This document shows positions 29,509 to 39,869 of a DNA stretch of 64,000 bases, in pieces. Numbering within the stretch: position 1 is the stretch's first letter; each line of letters opens with the position of its first letter. The stretch is from a virus. A program made the position numbers and the translations under genes. Location: the IMG/VR virus record IMGVR_UViG_3300026488_000020, positions 20,235 through 84,234 of that record. The stretch is one strand, 5' to 3'. The notes under the pieces were generated by a model that was given only the letters and a program-made list of their open reading frames with translations, did no database searches and was not told the origin of the DNA.

Positions 29509-29533
29509 AAACGATCTTTATCGATAAGGATAG
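29509..29533. repeat. degenerate copy of 30-bp palindrome
   Basis: AAACGATCTTTATCGATAAGGATAG; right arm doubles as the RBS of the next gene. Confidence 0.85.
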
Positions 29534-29537
29534 AAAA

Positions 29538-30077
29538 ATGAAAATAGTAGAAATACTTGAAGATTTATATAATATACATGGCAGATTATTAAATGATTAT
29601 GCATGGCTAACCGCTGAGAAAATAGAAACATATAAATATGCATCAAAAGGTGATTATTTTATATATGATGAGGTTAATGAGTGTTATGTTAATCATAACT
29701 CTTCAATTCCAAAACATGTAATTGAAGAAGCAAAACACAAAGTTTCTAATATTTTAGAATTACTCTATCAGATGGAAGATGTTGCAAAAAATAGATACGA
29801 TATATCATGTCTTAGAGGAGAGCCTCTAAGACACTTTATAGAATTAGATGTTGATAATCTGATTATTGGTGAAATAGATACAATGTCTGGTGATGGTGAA
29901 GTAGGTGTAACATTAGAATTAAATTCAAACATCTTTAACTTTTGGTGGGTAGGAGCAGAGCCTCTAGGACACTTTCAATATTTTAATGATTCTGAAGATG
30001 CAAGAGATGAAGCTAAAATGTTTATATTAGATGCGCGAATAGATTTGATACAAAATTTAATTGAAAGAAGTGTTTAA
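29538..30077 (+). CDS. hypothetical protein
   Basis: ORF with AAGGA RBS. Confidence 0.6.
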   Translation: MKIVEILEDLYNIHGRLLNDYAWLTAEKIETYKYASKGDYFIYDEVNECYVNHNSSIPKHVIEEAKHKVSNILELLYQMEDVAKNRYDISCLRGEPLRHFIELDVDNLIIGEIDTMSGDGEVGVTLELNSNIFNFWWVGAEPLGHFQYFNDSEDARDEAKMFILDARIDLIQNLIERSV

Positions 30078-30473
30078 ATGACAATAATTAGAAATGAGTA
30101 TGGTAATTCAATGTTTATTGCTATACGATTAAAAAAGGGTGATGTTACTGATAAAATGTTTAAATACATTTTGAACTGTTCACAATCAGATATTGATGAA
30201 CTCAAAGAAGGTCATCAATATGATGGATATATTGATTATCTTAATATGCAGGATGAAGTGGATAGTGATATTCGAGGTGATCATATTCTACAATTTATCT
30301 GGCCAGAAGATGATGATGACTCTTTATTTATAGGTGTTCCTATAAGTTTTGAATCTCTTGAACCATTTAGTATCAACTTTATTGATGTTGATGTTCAAAA
30401 AATTGTTAACTTTAAAATGAGATTTAAACTAGATTTAGGTATCAAAAACTATATTACATGTCCAGGAGAATAA
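30078..30473 (+). CDS. hypothetical protein
   Basis: Abutting ORF. Confidence 0.6.
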   Translation: MTIIRNEYGNSMFIAIRLKKGDVTDKMFKYILNCSQSDIDELKEGHQYDGYIDYLNMQDEVDSDIRGDHILQFIWPEDDDDSLFIGVPISFESLEPFSINFIDVDVQKIVNFKMRFKLDLGIKNYITCPGE

Positions 30474-30734
30474 ATGGAAAAAATGAATGTTGAGTGGAGA
30501 GAAACGGCAAGTGCAAGTGCGATTGCAAAAATTCTAGGAATTGATTTTAGCAAACATAAAGAGTTTAAAACTCTTTTAGAAGGTTCTGGTCTGGAAACCA
30601 CAGATGAGGAATATGTTGTAAAAAATAGAACAGTACAATATAAAGCATATAATATTATTGATACAATTTATTTTTGTAAAGATGCATTAGTTCGTGAAAA
30701 TGAAAAAACAGTTACTATTGAGATCGAGGAGTAA
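30474..30734 (+). CDS. hypothetical protein
   Basis: AGGAG RBS. Confidence 0.6.
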   Translation: MEKMNVEWRETASASAIAKILGIDFSKHKEFKTLLEGSGLETTDEEYVVKNRTVQYKAYNIIDTIYFCKDALVRENEKTVTIEIEE

Positions 30735-30736
30735 TT

Positions 30737-31456
30737 ATGTTAGAATATTTTAGAGTTCAAAAAGATAAATTAAAAGATGCTAGACATATATTACCATTAT
30801 GGAATTATTTAGAACCAACATTAGAAGTATCTTCTAATGTATCTGAAAATAATGATTATGAAATTGAAAAGGTATCTTCAAAAACGTTACAAATTGTTTT
30901 AAATTCACATATTACTGGAGAATTATATTTAAGAACTTTTGGAGATACTAAATACATTGTGTGTCAATTTGGTGATGAAGAGATTTGGTTTGATGTTGAT
31001 ACATTAGAAACACGTGCACCAAGTTCTTGGAAATATGGTGAAGATTTTTATATTAGAAAGAAGAAGCCTAAAACATCGATTAGAAATTGTTTATCACATG
31101 AAGAAGCAGTTTTATTATACAACCAGGGTGTTGCATTATACAATGCTATATCAAAAGATTATGCATTTAAATATGCAAACAAACATTATGTTTCAAAAGA
31201 TATTGCTAGGAACAATCAACACACTTTTAAGAAACAGATTTGGAAGATTAGTAGATTAACTGTTCAAGATAACCTGATTGAGTTATTAGAGAAATCTAAG
31301 AAAGTTATATTAACACAATCTAATCATAATGTTGGAATTGTTGGTAAATTTACAAAACATGTAAATGGTCAAAAATCTTTAAAAAATCAAATTAAGGGTG
31401 AGTTCAAATTAGTAAAACATTTTATACATAATGTTTTACACCATTTTAAAAAATAG
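30737..31456 (+). CDS. hypothetical basic protein
   Basis: GAGGAG RBS. Confidence 0.6.
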   Translation: MLEYFRVQKDKLKDARHILPLWNYLEPTLEVSSNVSENNDYEIEKVSSKTLQIVLNSHITGELYLRTFGDTKYIVCQFGDEEIWFDVDTLETRAPSSWKYGEDFYIRKKKPKTSIRNCLSHEEAVLLYNQGVALYNAISKDYAFKYANKHYVSKDIARNNQHTFKKQIWKISRLTVQDNLIELLEKSKKVILTQSNHNVGIVGKFTKHVNGQKSLKNQIKGEFKLVKHFIHNVLHHFKK

Positions 31457-31464
31457 GAGCATTA

Positions 31465-32883
31465 ATGGCAAACTTAAAAGAATTGAATAGAGTATTCTCT
31501 GAGATTAATCTTGGAGATTTTTATGATACAGATTATTGTGATTATGCAATTTATAGAGCACTGCAACGTATTCCAAGTTTAATTGATGGTTTTGCTCAGA
31601 CGCAGCGTAAAGTTGTATACACAATGATTGATCAAAATATTGATAAAAAGACGAAAGTATCCGATTTAGCCGCAGTTGTATCATTAGCTACAAAGTATCA
31701 TCATGGTTCTTTATCTATTGAAACAACAATTACAAATTTAGTTCCTCAATGGAATAATCAAGTGCCTCTTCTTAGAGAGGATGGTACATATGGTTCAAGA
31801 TCAGAAAGAGAAGCTTCAGCTTCTAGATATATCGAATCGAGATTGTATAAATATTCAAAAGTTATTTTTAATAAGATAGATAATGAATTATTTGTGAAGA
31901 AACAGATTGTTGAAGGTAAGCAGATTGAGCCAGCGAATATGTTGCCAATTGTACCTTTACTCTTGATTAATGGTCAAAGTCAAATTGGTGTTGGATATTC
32001 ATCGGATGTTCTACCTCGAGATATAAAAGTTATTTTAAAATTGATGCGAGAAGTTTTAACAGGTAAGCGTAAAGAGATACCAACTGAGATACCACCAGCT
32101 GCTCCGTTATTTAAAGGCTCCATTATAAAAAATGATAAGAGTGGTTGGGATTTTTATGGAATCGTTGAAGAGTTGAAAAAAGGCGAAATTCATATAACTG
32201 AAGTTCCTCCTAGATATACTCGAGAATCATATATGAATGTTTTAGAAGTTTTAAAAGATGCTGGTAAAATAAAATCGTATAATGAAAATATTGTCGGAGA
32301 TGAATTTGATATAGTTGTAAAATTTGGGTCATTGGCTACTTTAAACGATGCTATTAAACTTGATTCAAAAACTGACCAAAATGTTAGAAATTTAAAGATT
32401 ATTCAATTTTTAAAACTAACTGGTACAAAGTCGGAAAACTTAACAGTTGTTAACACTAAAGATGAGATAGTAAGATATAACAATGTTGCTGAAATATTGT
32501 TTGAATATATTATTTACATGCTTGGTGTTTACAAGAAGCGTAAAGCATATTTGCTTGAGAAGATGCGTAAAGATACTATCATGAATAATGAAAAGATTAG
32601 ATTTATTCAAATGGTAAATAATGATATAATTCTTTTAAAAAATAGAAAGCGTAAAGTTATTGATGATGATCTAGTTTTAAAAAACTTTGAGAAATTTGAT
32701 AATTGTTATGATTATTTATTGAATATGCGTCTAGCGAGTTTAACTTCTGAAAAGATTGATGAATTAGAAAGTGTTATTAAAGAGGATGCTGCATCTATTA
32801 TTAAATTAGAAGAAACAACTGCTGCAAAAATATGGTTAGAAGATTTAGATCAATTTGAGAAATTTCTCAAAAAAGGAGAGTAA
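31465..32883 (+). CDS. type IIA DNA topoisomerase, breakage-reunion subunit (GyrA/T4 gp52-like)
   Basis: RIPSLIDGF..TQRK, YHHG, active site ASRYI, LLINGQSQIGVG, ITEVP. Confidence 0.96.
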   Translation: MANLKELNRVFSEINLGDFYDTDYCDYAIYRALQRIPSLIDGFAQTQRKVVYTMIDQNIDKKTKVSDLAAVVSLATKYHHGSLSIETTITNLVPQWNNQVPLLREDGTYGSRSEREASASRYIESRLYKYSKVIFNKIDNELFVKKQIVEGKQIEPANMLPIVPLLLINGQSQIGVGYSSDVLPRDIKVILKLMREVLTGKRKEIPTEIPPAAPLFKGSIIKNDKSGWDFYGIVEELKKGEIHITEVPPRYTRESYMNVLEVLKDAGKIKSYNENIVGDEFDIVVKFGSLATLNDAIKLDSKTDQNVRNLKIIQFLKLTGTKSENLTVVNTKDEIVRYNNVAEILFEYIIYMLGVYKKRKAYLLEKMRKDTIMNNEKIRFIQMVNNDIILLKNRKRKVIDDDLVLKNFEKFDNCYDYLLNMRLASLTSEKIDELESVIKEDAASIIKLEETTAAKIWLEDLDQFEKFLKKGE

Positions 32884-33249
32884 ATGAAAATAACTCTCCC
32901 ATCAAAAGATACTGATCATTACGAAATCATGAATTATAAAATCAATTTTAACATTGATCTAAAATCAATTAAAGTTGATAACGATATTTTTGAGGATATG
33001 CAACGATACACGCTACCAATATTAGATAAACATTTATCTAAAGTTTTTAAATTATATGGTGATGTTATGCGCAAAGATACAAAAAGACTTAGATTTAAAT
33101 ATGTTATTGAAAAACTTGATAATCCTGAAAAAGTTATTGATGATTTAAATGATAAATTAAAGCATATTTTTAATGTTGCGAGTATAACATATTTAAAAAA
33201 AGGGACTGATTATATGATTATCATATGGATTGGTCAAAAGGAGAATTAA
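32884..33249 (+). CDS. hypothetical protein
   Basis: AGGAG RBS. Confidence 0.6.
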   Translation: MKITLPSKDTDHYEIMNYKINFNIDLKSIKVDNDIFEDMQRYTLPILDKHLSKVFKLYGDVMRKDTKRLRFKYVIEKLDNPEKVIDDLNDKLKHIFNVASITYLKKGTDYMIIIWIGQKEN

Positions 33250-34307
33250 TGGTAAGAATGATAAAATATAATAAGATTGGTGATTTTAAAAAAGTTATTC
33301 GATCAATAAAAGATCAAGCAAAATATGATGGTATTGCAAGATTACCTACAATTGAGTTTGATGGTACTGAAAAAATTCATGGTACAAACGCGGCAGTCTG
33401 TTATTCACATTCCGATGGCTTCTGGGTACAGAGTCGAGAAAGAGTTTTAACAATTGCTGAAGATAATTTAGGATGTGCTTACGCAGCATATAAACATGAA
33501 AATGAATGGACAACGCTGCTTTTAGATTTAGCAAAGTCACATAATGTTGATCTAGATAATGAAATTCTCACTATTTATTATGAATGGGCTGGAGGATCTA
33601 TTCAAAAGAAAAGTGCATTGACTGGTCTTGATAAAAGATCAATAATATTTGCACATGCGAAAGTATCTCCTCTATTACCTGATCCAAAAATTGTTAAATC
33701 TGAACATCAACCTGCATATTGGGTTGATACTGTAGACGATGATGGAAATTATATAATGAATGCTGAAGCAGAAATTTATAATGTCTTAGCATATACAACT
33801 TGGAGAATTGAAATAAATTTTAATAATCCAGAAGCATCAGTAAATGATCTTAACAAAACACTTCATGACAATGAATCAAATTCCCCTATTGGAAAATATA
33901 TGGGAATCGAAAACAATGTTTTAGAAGGTATGGTATGGACAGGTAGAAATACTGATGGCACCCTTTTAAAATTTAAAGTTAAAGGTGAGAAACATACTGT
34001 TTCAAAAGTTCGCACATTAAAACCAGTTGATGATGTTAAAGAGCAGGCTAAAAATGATTTGATTAAACTTGTATGTAATCCTTCAAGATTAGAACAAGGC
34101 TGGCAGCTCATATTTGGTGCAAACAATGAAAAGAAAAGACCAGAGAAAACAGACATTCCTGATTTTCTAAGATGGGTAATTAATGACATCATGGATGAAC
34201 ATGTTGATGATTATTTTGAAGCAAACATTGAGCCGAAAGAACTCAATGGAAAGATTAGCACTGTTGCAAGAATATGGTTTCTTGATCAGTACGCGGCATC
34301 AGAATAA
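33249..34307 (+). CDS. RNA ligase, Rnl2 family
   Basis: EKIHGTNA (motif I), QSR, YYEWAG, EGMVW, FKVKGEKH. Confidence 0.88.
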   Translation: MVRMIKYNKIGDFKKVIRSIKDQAKYDGIARLPTIEFDGTEKIHGTNAAVCYSHSDGFWVQSRERVLTIAEDNLGCAYAAYKHENEWTTLLLDLAKSHNVDLDNEILTIYYEWAGGSIQKKSALTGLDKRSIIFAHAKVSPLLPDPKIVKSEHQPAYWVDTVDDDGNYIMNAEAEIYNVLAYTTWRIEINFNNPEASVNDLNKTLHDNESNSPIGKYMGIENNVLEGMVWTGRNTDGTLLKFKVKGEKHTVSKVRTLKPVDDVKEQAKNDLIKLVCNPSRLEQGWQLIFGANNEKKRPEKTDIPDFLRWVINDIMDEHVDDYFEANIEPKELNGKISTVARIWFLDQYAASE

Positions 34308-34822
34308 TGAAAATTGTTTTAGAAGGTGAAACCTTAGAGGAGCAACTTGAACATGCAAAAAGATTGATTGAAAAATATCGAATGGATAAACTAACAGGTT
34401 TATATCGTAGAGATGATTTTGATGAAACTATAACTAGATTTATATCAGAATTTAATTCAAAACGCAAAGATTTTTTAGTTGCATTGGTGGATTTGAATGA
34501 TTTACATAATCTAAACTACACTCATGGTTATGATTATGGTGATGATAAGTTAGTGCAACTTGCTGACTCATTATTAGAGGTATTTGATAAATCTTTAATT
34601 TATAGAATTGGAGGCGATGAATTTGCAATATTGTGCAGACAAGAAACATATGAATCCATTTATTTAAAATTAGATTCACTTGGATGTAGAGACCATATTG
34701 AATTTGGAATTGTTGATACAATTGGAAAAGATTTATCACACACCAAAGGAAAACATTTTGTTAAAGAAGCTCATGCTATTTTAACTTCACATAAAAGAGA
34801 AAAGAAGATAGCTCGTAAATGA
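34307..34822 (+). CDS. GGDEF domain protein (diguanylate cyclase-like)
   Basis: DKLTGLYRR, VDLNDLHNLNYTHGYDYGD, YRIGGDEFAIL. Confidence 0.9.
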   Translation: MKIVLEGETLEEQLEHAKRLIEKYRMDKLTGLYRRDDFDETITRFISEFNSKRKDFLVALVDLNDLHNLNYTHGYDYGDDKLVQLADSLLEVFDKSLIYRIGGDEFAILCRQETYESIYLKLDSLGCRDHIEFGIVDTIGKDLSHTKGKHFVKEAHAILTSHKREKKIARK

Positions 34823-34829
34823 GCTATCT
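34806..34829 (+). terminator. hairpin over GGDEF stop codon
   Basis: AGATAGCTC-GTAAAT-GAGCTATCT; no U tail on +. Confidence 0.4.
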
Positions 34830-34863
34830 AAAAGTGTAAACACAATTCAATTAGGAGAATTTT

Positions 34864-35988
34864 ATGACAGAAAACGATAATATAACAACATTGGCTGTTC
34901 CAGAATACATTACAGCCGAGCTTAATATTCAAGAAGTAAAAGAAGAATATAATAAGTTTATGGAAGCATCAAGAAGTGTTTCTGAAGAGATTGCTGATGT
35001 TATTAATGTAAAAGAGATTCAAGATATTGCAGATTTGATTAAACAATTCAATGACCGATTAGAAGGAACTGTTGAAGTTGAACAACAATCAACTACTGAA
35101 AAAGCAACAGGTAAAACGATTCAACGTTTATCAATGATACCATTTATTGGTAAATTTTTAGAAGATGATGCTACAGAAGCGAAAGAGAAAGAAGAAAAAT
35201 CTAAAACAGCTAGAAGTATTCTACAAGAAATGTTTGATGTGTTCACAGAGAAATCTGACATGTTATCATTATCATTTGAGAGAGCATTTAAATTGAGAGA
35301 GATTCTTTTAGCAAAAGAAATTAAACTTAATATGTTTAGCACGCAAGTAAAATATATAGTTATGAATACTGATAATCCTATGGATAAAATCAACGCTATT
35401 AAACTTGGTGGATTAGTTGAAGCAAATAAACTTAAAAATAAAGAAAAGATTTATAATAAACTTGACTTTATTTTACAATTCATTGAAGAACAATTAACTA
35501 CAATTTCGTTGATGATGCCTGGTATAGAAACAGGTTTAGTTGAAGATTCTGAAATTGCAGATTTCTTAACATCTGTTGCTGATATGAATAAAATATTTAA
35601 ATCGTTAACTGATTTATCAAATTCTGTTGGGCGTGCAAGTTCAGAAAAAGTTATGACTTTAATCACTGAAGTTAATGAATCTATGTCTGAGACAGTAGAT
35701 ATTGAACATATGGAAAAGCTTGCTGCGACCAATAAGAAATTTATGGATCGTATGATTAAAGGAACTGAATCAAAGATTCGTCGAGATGCAACATCATATG
35801 GAAAATTGATGGATATTGGTCAATCACTTGATCAAAATGTTATAGCATATCAATCATCTGCTAAAAAGGTTTTATTGGAATCTAAAACATATATGGGTGC
35901 TCTTGATTCCGCAGTTGAAGAATCTTTTGAGGCTTCAATAATTGAAGTTGAATCAGATCCTAAAGGCACAGTTATCACCGCTGAGTAG
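34864..35988 (+). CDS. helical coiled-coil protein, TelA/toxic anion resistance-like
   Basis: ~370 aa all-helical, IPFIGKF segment, C-terminal VDIEHMEK; family call tentative. Confidence 0.45.
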   Translation: MTENDNITTLAVPEYITAELNIQEVKEEYNKFMEASRSVSEEIADVINVKEIQDIADLIKQFNDRLEGTVEVEQQSTTEKATGKTIQRLSMIPFIGKFLEDDATEAKEKEEKSKTARSILQEMFDVFTEKSDMLSLSFERAFKLREILLAKEIKLNMFSTQVKYIVMNTDNPMDKINAIKLGGLVEANKLKNKEKIYNKLDFILQFIEEQLTTISLMMPGIETGLVEDSEIADFLTSVADMNKIFKSLTDLSNSVGRASSEKVMTLITEVNESMSETVDIEHMEKLAATNKKFMDRMIKGTESKIRRDATSYGKLMDIGQSLDQNVIAYQSSAKKVLLESKTYMGALDSAVEESFEASIIEVESDPKGTVITAE

Positions 35989-35991
35989 ACA

Positions 35992-36690
35992 ATGTCTTAT
36001 AAGATAGATAATGTTCCGATGAATTATAATAAAAAAATAAAGGATATAAATATGGAAGCAGATTTAAATGTTGAATATGGTGAGTTCAACAAAAATGATA
36101 AAGATTTAATTAAAGTAAAAATGTTTACTGAACGAGAGATTAACGAAATGTCTCCTAATGATATTTTAGATATTATTAGTATTAGCACGTTAGATGATGA
36201 TATTGTTTATTTAGATAATGTTGTATCAGTTAGTCCTGGCGAAGTTTTGCTGAAACATGGAGAACCGATCCCGGTTTCTTCATATGAGAAATATGAAGAA
36301 CTTCGATTACGATTTGAAAGATATAAATTATTTAAAATTGTTAAAGATCCTACTGATCAAGTTGCATCATTATTAAAACATAAGATCGAACTTACAGAAC
36401 AGAATATTGTTGAGATGCAGGAAATGCGTGGTCAATTTGCAACTGAAATGGAGACTCTTCGTGAAGATGTTCGAAATAGTATGAACAATGCGAGTGATAA
36501 AATGTTGCAAGAAATGAGAATATCAATTGAATCTTTAAAAGACTCAGCTAAGAAAACTAGTGATACAGTCAATGATTTAGTCACAAATGTTAATTTTAAA
36601 TTAGATAGAATTAAGGCGAATGAACTTAATGCTGTTTTAGATAAATTAAAAGTTGTTACAACAATGCTTGCGGATGTAGTGGAGGATTAA
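35992..36690 (+). CDS. hypothetical coiled-coil protein
   Basis: Heptad-like C-terminal half. Confidence 0.6.
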   Translation: MSYKIDNVPMNYNKKIKDINMEADLNVEYGEFNKNDKDLIKVKMFTEREINEMSPNDILDIISISTLDDDIVYLDNVVSVSPGEVLLKHGEPIPVSSYEKYEELRLRFERYKLFKIVKDPTDQVASLLKHKIELTEQNIVEMQEMRGQFATEMETLREDVRNSMNNASDKMLQEMRISIESLKDSAKKTSDTVNDLVTNVNFKLDRIKANELNAVLDKLKVVTTMLADVVED

Positions 36691-36691
36691 T

Positions 36692-37417
36692 ATGGGTTTT
36701 TTTAATCGTATGAATCATCGCATAAAAAGTATTTTTAAAGATTATTATATAGAGTTGGCTGATACCATAAAAGAGCAACGACAAATTATTGAAGATGCTC
36801 ATAATATTTTAGTTGCTGGTGATGATTTGATTGGTAAAGATATTAAATTTGCAACAATTGAGCAAGCAGAAGCAAATATTATTGCACTGTCAAAAACAAT
36901 TGATAAATATCTTGATCAACAACCAGATGTAGTAATGACTGTTGATAATTTGCAAAAATTATTAGTTAATAATCGTTATCCAATGGAAGCATCTGGCCGA
37001 GTATATAGATCAAGTATAAGTTCTAAAAATGTTTATTTTGATATGTATAATAAAATATTAGATTTTGATTTTAGAAACGTTGATGTTATTGAACTTGAAA
37101 TATTTCATAAATTTGGACAAAAATCAAAATTTACACCAAAGATGCAGAAACTATATGATATGAAATTGAAGAAAAAAGTTGCTAAATTTACGGATGATTA
37201 TGATCATGGATTAGCAATTTATTTTGAAGATTTAGTATATCCTAGACATTATACACAATTCTTTTATTTTATGCATCGATACTTAGCAATAATGATTGAT
37301 CATGTTGAGACAAATAAAAAACCTAAGATAATGTTGAGACCAACGGAAATTGACTTTTTAAAATTTTTAAAATTCGCAGAGAATCCTCAAGGGTTTTTTG
37401 TAGTATCAAAGGATTAA
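36692..37417 (+). CDS. hypothetical protein
   Basis: GGAGG RBS. Confidence 0.65.
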   Translation: MGFFNRMNHRIKSIFKDYYIELADTIKEQRQIIEDAHNILVAGDDLIGKDIKFATIEQAEANIIALSKTIDKYLDQQPDVVMTVDNLQKLLVNNRYPMEASGRVYRSSISSKNVYFDMYNKILDFDFRNVDVIELEIFHKFGQKSKFTPKMQKLYDMKLKKKVAKFTDDYDHGLAIYFEDLVYPRHYTQFFYFMHRYLAIMIDHVETNKKPKIMLRPTEIDFLKFLKFAENPQGFFVVSKD

Positions 37418-37418
37418 T

Positions 37419-37697
37419 ATGAATATTCCACTATATTTACAATTGTATATCGGGTTCGTTATATTAGGATATGTTGTGAATTTTTATTATATGAATTCAA
37501 TATTATTTTCAACATTTAAAACAGATGATCAAAAATTTAAAGTTTATGGTCCTACACTATTAGATTTATTATTTAAAAAAATGTATATACCATATCAATT
37601 TGCATTTTTAAAAACTGACTTTAAAAAAGAATTTTTAAAGAAGCAGAACTTTATAGATATGAGCTATATTGAATATGTTATAACACAAGTTCGATAA
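37419..37697 (+). CDS. membrane protein
   Basis: N-terminal TM segment. Confidence 0.55.
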   Translation: MNIPLYLQLYIGFVILGYVVNFYYMNSILFSTFKTDDQKFKVYGPTLLDLLFKKMYIPYQFAFLKTDFKKEFLKKQNFIDMSYIEYVITQVR

Positions 37698-37716
37698 CAC
37701 AAAATAAGGAAATAAT

Positions 37717-37989
37717 ATGGCAAAAATAACTACTCAAAGAAATGGATGGTTAATTCCCGGAACTGATTGTGGAATGATGAATTCCGAAAACGCTATCAGA
37801 ATTAAAATTGAAAGTATTGCTCAGTTTAGAAAGAAGGTTCATGCTGATTCAAATAGTTCATTCTTTTATAATGTAGAAATTAATGGTAAATTAATTTACA
37901 AATATATTACAAAAAAAGATATGGATGATGATTTTGAAAGAATTGAATATATTATCACGAATGATGTTGATGAAGGTCGGGTATTTTAA
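37717..37989 (+). CDS. hypothetical protein
   Basis: AAGGA RBS. Confidence 0.6.
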   Translation: MAKITTQRNGWLIPGTDCGMMNSENAIRIKIESIAQFRKKVHADSNSSFFYNVEINGKLIYKYITKKDMDDDFERIEYIITNDVDEGRVF

Positions 37990-38321
37990 TGAAATTATCA
38001 GACAATGAAATATATGCTATTCAGTGGTTGATCGTTGGATTGATTATGAGTTTAACCGCTTTAATTGTTCATCCAGAATGGGCAATAACATTAGGTGGTT
38101 TTCTTTTAATGTTTGGGGCAGTGTATGTATATTTTGGTAAGATATTTTATTCGATTATGGTGTATACTATTGCCGATGTATGTTGGTTAGTTAACGCTTA
38201 TCAACATGGAGATGGATTTGGAGCGCTAACAGTAACTATTGGTATAATTGTAGGTACATCTGTTGTTTATAAGATGCAAGTTGGTAAATTTAGAAAAAGT
38301 ATAAGGAAAGATAATGAATAA
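37989..38321 (+). CDS. small multi-pass membrane protein
   Basis: Four hydrophobic segments. Confidence 0.6.
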   Translation: MKLSDNEIYAIQWLIVGLIMSLTALIVHPEWAITLGGFLLMFGAVYVYFGKIFYSIMVYTIADVCWLVNAYQHGDGFGALTVTIGIIVGTSVVYKMQVGKFRKSIRKDNE

Positions 38322-39336
38322 AAAAATAATAAAAAAATTAGAGAAATCTAAAATAACTTTACATAAGTATCAAATTAAAAAATTTATAAATTTCTTAGAA
38401 GAATTAGGATTTGATAGTGTTTTTATTTCTTATGATGAAGCATCTTATAATAAATATGTTTTTTGCATAAATCAATATAAAAACACTTGTACATTATATT
38501 ATTATGTTGAAGATGAATGTTGTACGCGAGAAGAAATCAGTTTTGGCGACTTAATCTTGATAAGTAACGGTGAAGATTTTAAAGAAATTACAACAATTAG
38601 TAAAATGTGTAATTATAAAGAAGCATCCCAAAAAAAAGAAGCTATTGATAAAATGCTTCTAAAAACATTATCATCTGAAAATCGCAAATTTGCGCAAAGT
38701 ATTAAAAATCTAATTATGGTTAATGAAGTAATTGAGAAATATAATACACAAATTACACAAATTTTTAATACTAATTATTATTCAAAATTATGTAAAGATA
38801 TATTACGTGATTTGACAGGAGATGATTGTTATGGTCTGATTGAAATTCCAGTTGGTAATAGATACGAGGAACTCATGTTACATTTACATTTGGATAATGT
38901 TAATTTATATAGAGGTGCTGCAACATATGAAGGTTCCGGCATATTTGCTGATGTTGGATTACAACATGTGTCACATATTATAAATATTCAAACATTTATT
39001 GACGAATTAGATTCCGCAGTTATACAATCATCTAAATTAAATAGTATGTTTGAAGTATCTTTTGATGGAACGTTTAATTGGGCAAATGACAATAATGATG
39101 TTCAAAAATTTATTTCATTTAAAGAATTTGAATGTGCTATAGAAAGACAATTATATGAAATTAAAAACTCTCAAGATATTATATTTAAAAATTTTTATAA
39201 AATTTTAGTTTTATTAAAAGCTGATATGACAGCTTGTGATATATTAGTTATTGATAAATATCAAGATTGTGGAAATGAGCCTGATAGTGCATCAATACAA
39301 GACAGCATTGAGATAGATAAAAAGGAAATTAAATGA
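38314..39336 (+). CDS. hypothetical protein
   Basis: 340-aa ORF with AAGGA RBS. Confidence 0.65.
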   Translation: MNKKIIKKLEKSKITLHKYQIKKFINFLEELGFDSVFISYDEASYNKYVFCINQYKNTCTLYYYVEDECCTREEISFGDLILISNGEDFKEITTISKMCNYKEASQKKEAIDKMLLKTLSSENRKFAQSIKNLIMVNEVIEKYNTQITQIFNTNYYSKLCKDILRDLTGDDCYGLIEIPVGNRYEELMLHLHLDNVNLYRGAATYEGSGIFADVGLQHVSHIINIQTFIDELDSAVIQSSKLNSMFEVSFDGTFNWANDNNDVQKFISFKEFECAIERQLYEIKNSQDIIFKNFYKILVLLKADMTACDILVIDKYQDCGNEPDSASIQDSIEIDKKEIK

Positions 39337-39788
39337 ATGTTATAGAATTACCGAAAATGATAGCTGAGGATATTTGGAATTTAATTGATGAGCTTCAAAA
39401 TACATCAGGCACAAATGATAAAAAAGAAATTCTTGCGGCAACTTTAGGACATCAAGAATTATATAAATATTTACAATATGTCTATGATGAGGTCCATTAT
39501 GTATATGGTAAATCAAAATTGCCATCAATTCCAAGAGTTGTTCCAACAGATGAAAAAGATTGGATACATGATGAGAATTTATTAGAACTATATGCATTAG
39601 TTGAAAATATGAATGATGGTGTATTAAAAGGCAATTCATCTGATCAAGCAATGATTGATTATTGTGTGGGTAAGCCTTCTTATTATGAAGACCTGCTTTT
39701 CTATATCATAAAACGCAATATAAAAGCTGGTATCAACGCAAAAGGAATTAATGATGTATTTGGTCGAGTAATACCTATTGCGCCATAA
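39333..39788 (+). CDS. stand-alone duplicate of the DNA ligase N-terminal domain (truncated ligase)
   Basis: LQNTSGTNDKK..KYLQYVYDEVHYVYGKS..YIIKRNIKAG..IN aligns by eye with residues 1-139 of 40348..41910. Confidence 0.85.
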   Translation: MNVIELPKMIAEDIWNLIDELQNTSGTNDKKEILAATLGHQELYKYLQYVYDEVHYVYGKSKLPSIPRVVPTDEKDWIHDENLLELYALVENMNDGVLKGNSSDQAMIDYCVGKPSYYEDLLFYIIKRNIKAGINAKGINDVFGRVIPIAP

Positions 39789-39869
39789 ATAATATAATTA
39801 TTTTCAGTTTGTCCAAAATGTGCTAGTGAACTGGTTGGAAAAAATAATACTAAACCACAGAGTGAAATA

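Noticed and set aside
29400-29510. tmRNA tag-like reading (ANSNY...AA)
   Set aside because: No tRNA-like ends or pseudoknots seen; the peptide does not end in the usual AA-stop
29521-29555. Fourth copy of the bipartite promoter
   Set aside because: TAGAAATA at 29548 is 17 rather than 15 nt from a degenerate box and lies inside the coding start; kept only as a possibility
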